Assembly: GCA_031409655.1 (NCBI GenBank)
Contig: JANNXQ010000277.1
Coordinates: forward strand, 1-12,428
Reading direction: 5' to 3'
DNA length: 12,428 nucleotides
From: Chthoniobacteraceae bacterium
Lineage (GTDB): Bacteria; Verrucomicrobiota; Verrucomicrobiia; Chthoniobacterales; Chthoniobacteraceae
Part shown: piece by piece, positions 7,035-12,428 of the stretch
How the letters are laid out: every line of letters starts with the position of its first letter
Position numbering within the stretch: the stretch's first letter is position 1
Program-made: the position numbers and the translations under genes
The notes under the pieces: model-generated
Databases searched by the model: none
Seen by the model: the letters and a program-made list of their open reading frames with translations, nothing else
Told to the model about the DNA's origin: nothing

Positions 7035-7488
7035 AAACTCGAAGCTCGTAATCCGAAGGGACTTTGAAAAGAGTGGAAGCAGGGAGCCAGGAAGCTAGGG
7101 ATGGAGGAGGAGGCCGCAGGGTCTTTCCGAGTTTCCTTTCTTTCTGTTTCAACCTGAGATCAGCGGCTGAGCCGTGGCTCCGGACTTTTTTCCCCAGTAT
7201 CCAAGCTCGCAACCAGACCGCTCCGCACAGCGGCCAAGCTTCCTGAAATGGAGACAGGATTCACAGGATTTAGAGGATTCCAGGATTTCGCCAGATGGAA
7301 TCCGGTAAATCCTGCCAATCCTGATCATCCTGTCCAACTCTCCCACCATTTGGCGGCCAACCTGAGAGGCCACTTCCAAACGAGCGGCGCAATGTCTCTC
7401 GTGAAAATCGCCAGCAAGACGCAGATCTCCGGGGGCGTTTCCCTCCCTGGCCCACTCACCTTTTGAATTTGTTTCGAGCTTCGAGTTT
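7035..7488. repeat. Outer inverted repeat pair bracketing the intergenic region
   Basis: AAACTCGAAGCTCG (7035-7048) and its exact reverse complement CGAGCTTCGAGTTT (7475-7488), embedded in 7-mer-periodic sequence. Confidence 0.7.
7253..7334. repeat. Inverted repeat built from 9-mer subunits (ACAGGATT)x4 ... (AATCCTG)x4
   Basis: GACAGGATT CACAGGATT TAGAGGATT CCAGGATT (7253-7287) facing AATCCGGTA AATCCTGCC AATCCTGAT CATCCTGTC (7299-7334). Confidence 0.82.
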
Positions 7489-7509
7489 CGAACTCCGAAT
7501 TTTCCCCAC

Positions 7510-8541
7510 ATGTCTCGCAAGTCTCGCAAGAACGTCGGTCTCATCGGCCTCGGCATCATCGGCTCGCGGGTCGCGAGCGGGCTGCGGAGTGTGGGGTATC
7601 AGGTCTTTGTCTGGAATCGGACGGCGAAGCCGGTGCCAAATTTCCTGGGCTCGCCAGCGGAGGTGGCGGAAGCGTGTGAGGTGATCCAGCTTTTCGTGGC
7701 GGATGCGCAGGCGCTCTTTTCCGTGATCGACGCGATGCGGGATAAGCTGACGACGAACCATGTGGTGGTGTGCAATGCGACGGTGGGGCCGGAGGCGACG
7801 CTGGAGGCGGCGCGGCTGGTGGAGGAGCGGGGGGCGAAGTTCCTGGATGCGCCTTTCACGGGGAGCAAGGTGGCGGCGGAGAATCGGCAACTGGTCTATT
7901 ACATCGGGGGTGAGGACGCGGTCTTCCTGCGGGTGAAGCCGATCCTGGAGGCTTCGAGCAAGGCGGTGCTGAAGATCGGGGCGATCGGCCAGGCGGCGAC
8001 GATCAAGGTGGTGACGAATATGCTCTCGGCGGTCTCCATCCAGACGCTGGCGGAGGCGCTGGCGATCGTGAAGAAAAGCGGGCTGAATCCGGACGTGCTG
8101 GCGGCGGCGATGGAACACAATGCCTGCCGCAGCGGGGTGATGGATCTGAAGCTGCCGAAGATGATCGCGGGCGATTACGAGCCGCACTTTTCGCTGAAGC
8201 ACATGTTTAAGGATGTGCAGCTCGGGATCCACATCGCGAATGCGCTGGATCTGGATGTGCCGGCGACGACGAGCACGGCGGGGGTGATGTATGGGGCGAT
8301 GCAGAAGGGCTCGGGCGACCTGGATTTTGCGTCCGTGTTTAAGGCTTACGATCCGCACTTTGCGACGAATGCGACGAAGCAACTGGAGCAGGCGGTGCCG
8401 TATCAACTGGATGATGTGAAGCCGGAGCCGGGAGGCAAGACGGAGGCGGAAAGCACCACGAGCGCGCCGGCGAGTGGGGAGGAAAAGGAGGCGAAGGCCA
8501 AGTCGGCGGGTGGCTCGAAGCGGTGGTTTGGCGGCAGCTAA
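7510..8541 (+). CDS. NAD(P)-dependent oxidoreductase, 3-hydroxyisobutyrate dehydrogenase / beta-hydroxyacid dehydrogenase family, 343 aa
   Basis: Rossmann GLIGLGIIG, WNRT, FLDAPFTGS, catalytic Lys motif TIKVVTN, FSLKHMFKD; low-complexity C-terminal tail. Confidence 0.92.
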   Translation: MSRKSRKNVGLIGLGIIGSRVASGLRSVGYQVFVWNRTAKPVPNFLGSPAEVAEACEVIQLFVADAQALFSVIDAMRDKLTTNHVVVCNATVGPEATLEAARLVEERGAKFLDAPFTGSKVAAENRQLVYYIGGEDAVFLRVKPILEASSKAVLKIGAIGQAATIKVVTNMLSAVSIQTLAEALAIVKKSGLNPDVLAAAMEHNACRSGVMDLKLPKMIAGDYEPHFSLKHMFKDVQLGIHIANALDLDVPATTSTAGVMYGAMQKGSGDLDFASVFKAYDPHFATNATKQLEQAVPYQLDDVKPEPGGKTEAESTTSAPASGEEKEAKAKSAGGSKRWFGGS

Positions 8542-8684
8542 CAGCCTGTGGTAAAAACCGGATTGCGCAGTCTCCTTCTTCTTCTCCATCTCCTTCTTCT
8601 TCCCAAATGACAGAGAAGGAGAAGGAGATGAAGAAGGAGAAGAAGACGCGGACCTTGAGATGGACAGGTATTTTCAACAGGCTG
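8542..8684. mobile_element. Putative 143-bp MITE with CTAA target-site duplication
   Basis: Termini CAGCCTGTGGTAAAA (8542-8556) and TTTTCAACAGGCTG (8671-8684), flanked by CTAA at 8538-8541 and 8685-8688; internal pyrimidine/purine hairpin at 8570-8647. Confidence 0.6.
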
Positions 8685-8736
8685 CTAACGCGAGCGCGCC
8701 GGACTGGAAATCCGGGCCTCCATTTTACCTCTCTCG

Positions 8737-9660
8737 ATGCCCACGGCTGACGCCTATCTCGACTACCGGCAACGCGGCGGCGTGGCGGACCTGAGCGACC
8801 GCACGAAGCTCCGACTGACGGGCGCGGATCGGGTGCGCTACCTGAATGGCCAGGTGACGGCGGATGTGCGCAAGCTGGCGGCGGGGCGCTCGATGCCGGC
8901 GTGCGTAACGACGGCGAAGGGGCGGCTGTGCGCGGAAATCTTCATCACGGCCACGGAGGATGCGCTGGTGCTGGATGCGGATGGGTCGCTGCGCGAGAGT
9001 CTGCCAGCGCGGCTGGAGAAGTACATCATCGCGGATGACGTGACCCTGGAAGACCTCAGCGAGACGATGCGGCTCGTGCATGTGACGGGGGATGGGGTGG
9101 ACGGAAAGACGGCGCTGACGGCGCGGGGGGCGAATCGCTTCGGGCAGACCGGGGTCGATCTTTTTCTCCCGACCGAGATTTTCGACGAAACCTGGACGCG
9201 GCTCGCCAGCGCTCATGCGGTGCTGGACGAAGGGCTGCGCGAGCTGCTCCGGATCGAGGCCGGCATCCCGCGCTGGGGGCGCGAACTAACCGAGGAGACG
9301 CTGCCGCCGGAAGCAGGGCTGGAGCGCACGCACATCGACTATCACAAGGGCTGCTACATCGGGCAGGAGGTGATCTCCCGGCTGAAGAGCGTGGGGCATG
9401 TGAACCGCGAGCTGACCGGATTCATCTCCACGGAGGGCGCACTGCTGAAGCCGGGCGCGCAGATCTTCGCGGCGGAGGCGCTGGCGGGGAAGCCGCTCGG
9501 GACGCTGACGAGTGTGGTGTGGAGTTTCTCCTTGGAAAAGCCGATCGCGCTCGGGTATCTCAAGCGCGGCTCGCCGACGGGCGGATTGCTCGCCCGCCCG
9601 GCGGATGCGACCGGCCCGGACGCCAGCGTCGCCCCGCACTCGCTCCCATTTACTGCATGA
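8737..9660 (+). CDS. ygfZ: YgfZ/GcvT-family folate-binding protein, 307 aa
   Basis: Signature KGCYIGQE, plus LTGADRVRYLNGQVTADV and RIEAGIPRWG. Confidence 0.92.
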   Translation: MPTADAYLDYRQRGGVADLSDRTKLRLTGADRVRYLNGQVTADVRKLAAGRSMPACVTTAKGRLCAEIFITATEDALVLDADGSLRESLPARLEKYIIADDVTLEDLSETMRLVHVTGDGVDGKTALTARGANRFGQTGVDLFLPTEIFDETWTRLASAHAVLDEGLRELLRIEAGIPRWGRELTEETLPPEAGLERTHIDYHKGCYIGQEVISRLKSVGHVNRELTGFISTEGALLKPGAQIFAAEALAGKPLGTLTSVVWSFSLEKPIALGYLKRGSPTGGLLARPADATGPDASVAPHSLPFTA

Positions 9661-10307
9661 AAAAGTCTCTCCTCACTCTCCTCTGCGCGCTCAGTGTGGC
9701 GCCGCTCGTCCACGCGGATGACATCGCGGTGCTGAAGATCATCACGGCGCCGAAGCAACCTCCGCAGACGGTGGTGATCGAGTTTTACGAAGCGGACGCA
9801 CCGGCGACGGTCGCGAATTTCAAAAAGCTCGCGGGCAAAAAATTCTACGACGGCGTGGCGATCCACCGCGCTTTTCCGCGCATCCTCCTGCAGACCGGCG
9901 ATCCGCTGAGTAAGAAGAAGGATCGGACGAAAGTGGGCACCGGTGGTCCTGGCTGGACGGTGCAGCCCGAGATCCGGCGGAAGCACATCAAGGGTGCCGT
10001 GGCCATGGCCCGGCTGCCGGACAAGATCAACCCTTCGCGGGTCTCGAATGGCAGCCAGTTTTACATCTGTCTCCAGCCTTACCCGAGCTACGATGGGCAG
10101 TACACGGTCTTTGCCCATGTGGTGCAGGGTCTGGACGTCCTGGAGGCCATCAGCATGAAGTCCGTGGACAGCAATGACAACCCCGTGGAACGCGTGGTGA
10201 TCAAGAGCGTGCGGATCGTCCCGCGCGAGCAAATCCCCTCCCCCGAAGCGCCCGTGAAGCCAGGCGCGGCGCCGGCGAAAAAGTCGTGGTGGAAATTCTG
10301 GGGCTAA
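9657..10307 (+). CDS. Exported cyclophilin-type peptidyl-prolyl cis-trans isomerase, 216 aa
   Basis: Signal peptide MKKSLLTLLCALSVAPLVHA; APATVANF, FYDG, HR...QTGDP, GAVAMAR, NGSQFYI, YTVF; ATG overlaps the ygfZ stop (ATGA). Confidence 0.92.
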   Translation: MKKSLLTLLCALSVAPLVHADDIAVLKIITAPKQPPQTVVIEFYEADAPATVANFKKLAGKKFYDGVAIHRAFPRILLQTGDPLSKKKDRTKVGTGGPGWTVQPEIRRKHIKGAVAMARLPDKINPSRVSNGSQFYICLQPYPSYDGQYTVFAHVVQGLDVLEAISMKSVDSNDNPVERVVIKSVRIVPREQIPSPEAPVKPGAAPAKKSWWKFWG

Positions 10308-10311
10308 GGGC

Positions 10312-10340
10312 TTGCGGGGTTTGGGAGCGGCGCGTATATC
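10312..10340 (+). promoter_or_regulatory. Putative sigma70 promoter of tRNA-Tyr
   Basis: TTGCGG (10312-10317) - 17 bp - TATATC (10335-10340), 20 nt upstream of the tRNA. Confidence 0.5.
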
Positions 10341-10360
10341 CCACGTCCTCCTTGAGAAAA

Positions 10361-10443
10361 GGGTAGATACCGAAGTGGCCAAACGGGGCGGACTGTAAAT
10401 CCGCTGGCTTACGCCTTCGTTGGTTCGAATCCAACTCTGCCCA
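10361..10443 (+). tRNA. trnY: tRNA-Tyr (GTA), CCA not encoded
   Basis: Acceptor stem GGGTAGA/TCTGCCC with discriminator A, anticodon arm GCGGA-CTGTAAA-TCCGC (GTA at 10395-10397), long variable arm, T arm GTTGG-TTCGAAT-CCAAC. Confidence 0.97.
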
Positions 10444-10526
10444 CTCTTTGGATGGATTGCCGGCGCGCGGGAAATTCCTGCTGCTTCTGCAAGGTGGATC
10501 GTGTTTAGCATCCCCCACCCTTGCCG

Positions 10527-11600
10527 ATGCCCACGCTCACTCGTCGCACTTTCCTTCATCGATCCGCGCTCGCTGGACTCGCCGTGACCACGGCTCAGGC
10601 GCAGGGTGCGCAACCGCCCCGGATCAAGATCGGCCAGATCGGCACGGGCCACGCCCATGCCGGCGGGAAGATGGAGGCGATGCGTGGCTCGGAGGAATAT
10701 ACAGTGGTGGGCGTGGTGGAGAATGATCCGCAGCGACGCGCGGCCGCGGAGAAGAGCGCGCCATATGCGGGGCTGACGTGGATGACGGAGGAGCGACTGC
10801 TCGGCACTCCCGGCCTCCAAGCCGTCGCTGTGGAGACCGAGGTGAAGGATCTGCTGGCCACCGGGACACGTTGCGTGGCCGCGGGCAAACACCTCCACCT
10901 GGACAAGCCGGCTGGGGAGTCGTTGCCGGACTTTCAGCGCCTGCTGGACGCAGCCACGGCGCGCCAGCTCACGGTCCAGATGGGCTACATGTTTCGTTAC
11001 AATCCTGCGTTCCAACTTTGCTTCCAGCTCCTCCGCGAAGGCGCGCTCGGCGAGGTCTTTTCCATCGACACGGCGATGAGCAAGGCGCTCGGCGTCTCGG
11101 AGCGCAAAGGTCTGCTCCCTTACCGCGGTGGCTCGATGTTTGAACTCGGCTGCCATATCATCGATGCGGTGATCACGGTGCTCGGACGTCCCCGCAAAGT
11201 CACACCCCACGCGCGCCTCGTGTCTCTGGCCAATGACGGTCTCCTGGATAACCAACTGGCGGTGCTGGATTACGAAAAAGCCACGGTGACGGTGCGCAGC
11301 GCGTTGGTGGAAATCGAGGGCGGAGCGCGGCGCCAGTTCGTGGTCTGCGGGACGCGCGGCACCTTTGACATTCGCCCGCTCGAACCCGCCACCGCGCGCC
11401 TCGCGCTGGACGCGCCTCACGGTGGGTACAAGAAGGGCTATCAAGACGTGAAGTTTCCGAAAGCGGGCGGGCGCTACGATGGCGACTTTGCGGATTTGGC
11501 GAAGGTGATCCGTGGCGAGAAAGCGTTCGCCTTCACGCCCGAGCACGATCTCGCGGTGCAGGAGACGGTGCTGCTCGCGAGTGGGTTGCCGGTGGCTTGA
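10527..11600 (+). CDS. Gfo/Idh/MocA family oxidoreductase with Tat signal, 357 aa
   Basis: Twin-arginine TRRTFL signal, KIGQIGTGHAHA, GKHLHLDKP (EKP variant), VQMGYMFRYNP, GGSMFELGCHIID. Confidence 0.92.
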   Translation: MPTLTRRTFLHRSALAGLAVTTAQAQGAQPPRIKIGQIGTGHAHAGGKMEAMRGSEEYTVVGVVENDPQRRAAAEKSAPYAGLTWMTEERLLGTPGLQAVAVETEVKDLLATGTRCVAAGKHLHLDKPAGESLPDFQRLLDAATARQLTVQMGYMFRYNPAFQLCFQLLREGALGEVFSIDTAMSKALGVSERKGLLPYRGGSMFELGCHIIDAVITVLGRPRKVTPHARLVSLANDGLLDNQLAVLDYEKATVTVRSALVEIEGGARRQFVVCGTRGTFDIRPLEPATARLALDAPHGGYKKGYQDVKFPKAGGRYDGDFADLAKVIRGEKAFAFTPEHDLAVQETVLLASGLPVA

Positions 11601-11615
11601 GCGCCGGGAATGCGC

Positions 11616-11643
11616 TTGCGTACTGGAGGCGGATTCCTAGGAT
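11616..11643 (+). promoter_or_regulatory. Putative sigma70 promoter of the large secreted protein gene
   Basis: TTGCGT (11616-11621) - 16 bp - TAGGAT (11638-11643); same GCTTGCG -35 context as the tRNA promoter. Confidence 0.35.
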
Positions 11644-11702
11644 TTATATGCGGTGCCGTGGATTGAGATTGGGCACCGCAGAAACTTCAAACCCCCTCCG
11701 CC

Positions 11703-12428
11703 ATGAAACTCCCTCGCTTCCGCCGTCTGGCGCTTCCCTGCGTCTCGCTCCTCCTCGCGCCACTCGCTCAGCGCATTGACGCGGCGACCGTCACCTCCAC
11801 CTGGCTCGCCGCGGCCAGCGGGGCTTGGAACGACGCCACCAAATGGGACACGAATCCCATCTTCCCCAACAACGTCGGCCCGACCACCTACGACGCGATC
11901 ATCAATGCCGTCGGGTCTGCCTACACCGTGAACTTGAACACAAGCGTCACGGTCGAGGATCTCTTGATGAGTTCGGCGAATGCGACGCTCAGCCACACCT
12001 CCGGAATCTTCACCGCTACGGGCGCCATTTCTCTGAATGCCGGCACCTACTCGCTCGCTGGCGGCACCATCAGCAATACTACGATCAACGTCGCAGGCGG
12101 CAGCCTTACCGTCACCGCGAACACCGCCAACCTTTTGAGCGGGGTGGCGGTCAATGGGGACCTCAACCTCAACGTCACCAGCGCCGCGACGCGGATCGGC
12201 GGCGGCGCCACTTTCACTACCGCCCGTCTCGCGGCCAATGCCGTCGGTCTGGGCTTCCTTCCGGGGCAGACGCTCACGGGGACGGTACTCTTTGAAGGGG
12301 CCGCCGCCGGAGTCCGCCATGTGGAGATGAATGGCACTGCGGGTGCCTTCACCATCGGCCCGACAGGGGTCATCCGCACCGCGACCGGGCTCGGCGTTTC
12401 GGGGGGTGGCAGCATCGGCAGCAGCCAG
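11703..12428 (+). CDS. Large secreted beta-strand-rich protein (beta-helix/autotransporter-passenger-like), runs off the window
   Basis: Absent from the ORF track because it has no stop. ATG at 11703 reads MKLPRFRRLALPCVSLLLAPLAQRIDA-ATVTSTWLAAASGAWNDATKWDTNPIFPNN... and stays open for 242 codons, rich in T/G/A/N/S. Confidence 0.9.
   Translation, partial: MKLPRFRRLALPCVSLLLAPLAQRIDAATVTSTWLAAASGAWNDATKWDTNPIFPNNVGPTTYDAIINAVGSAYTVNLNTSVTVEDLLMSSANATLSHTSGIFTATGAISLNAGTYSLAGGTISNTTINVAGGSLTVTANTANLLSGVAVNGDLNLNVTSAATRIGGGATFTTARLAANAVGLGFLPGQTLTGTVLFEGAAAGVRHVEMNGTAGAFTIGPTGVIRTATGLGVSGGGSIGSSQ

Noticed and set aside
10361..10443. tRNA-Tyr as an integration site
   Set aside because: No integrase and no duplicated tRNA 3' end seen in the window.
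9354..11546. Long antisense ORFs (9354-11546, also 5812-7212 and 7456-8589)
   Set aside because: Shadows of GC-rich sense genes with clear family motifs; 9354-11546 also crosses the tRNA.

Overview
GC-rich bacterial window; gene style and repeat content suggest a Verrucomicrobiota/PVC-type genome (inference). The left half (1-5900) is accessory and repeat-dense. It holds a REP-associated tyrosine transposase (RAYT, 417-935) bracketed by three 159-bp GTGG-type REP doublets, with a fourth at 4686-4801. It also holds two minus-strand secreted hypothetical proteins (a Gly-rich protein and a protein with seven C-terminal ~19-20 aa repeats) separated by a 157-bp hairpin of a second palindrome family. 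A ~17-copy array of 21-bp units built on the palindrome TTCCTGATATCAGGAA (4234-4590) lies upstream of a stand-alone, signal-peptide-less helical+FN3 protein gene (4952-5572). The right half is mostly housekeeping: parvulin-type PPIase, beta-hydroxyacid dehydrogenase, YgfZ, cyclophilin, tRNA-Tyr(GTA), a Tat-exported Gfo/Idh/MocA oxidoreductase and the 5' end of a large secreted beta-strand-rich protein. Most intergenic gaps up to 8700 carry a different inverted-repeat element, including a probable 143-bp MITE with a CTAA duplication. The best candidate for an undescribed system is the 21-bp palindromic array plus the FN3 gene. All calls come from reading the sequence; no database searches were run.
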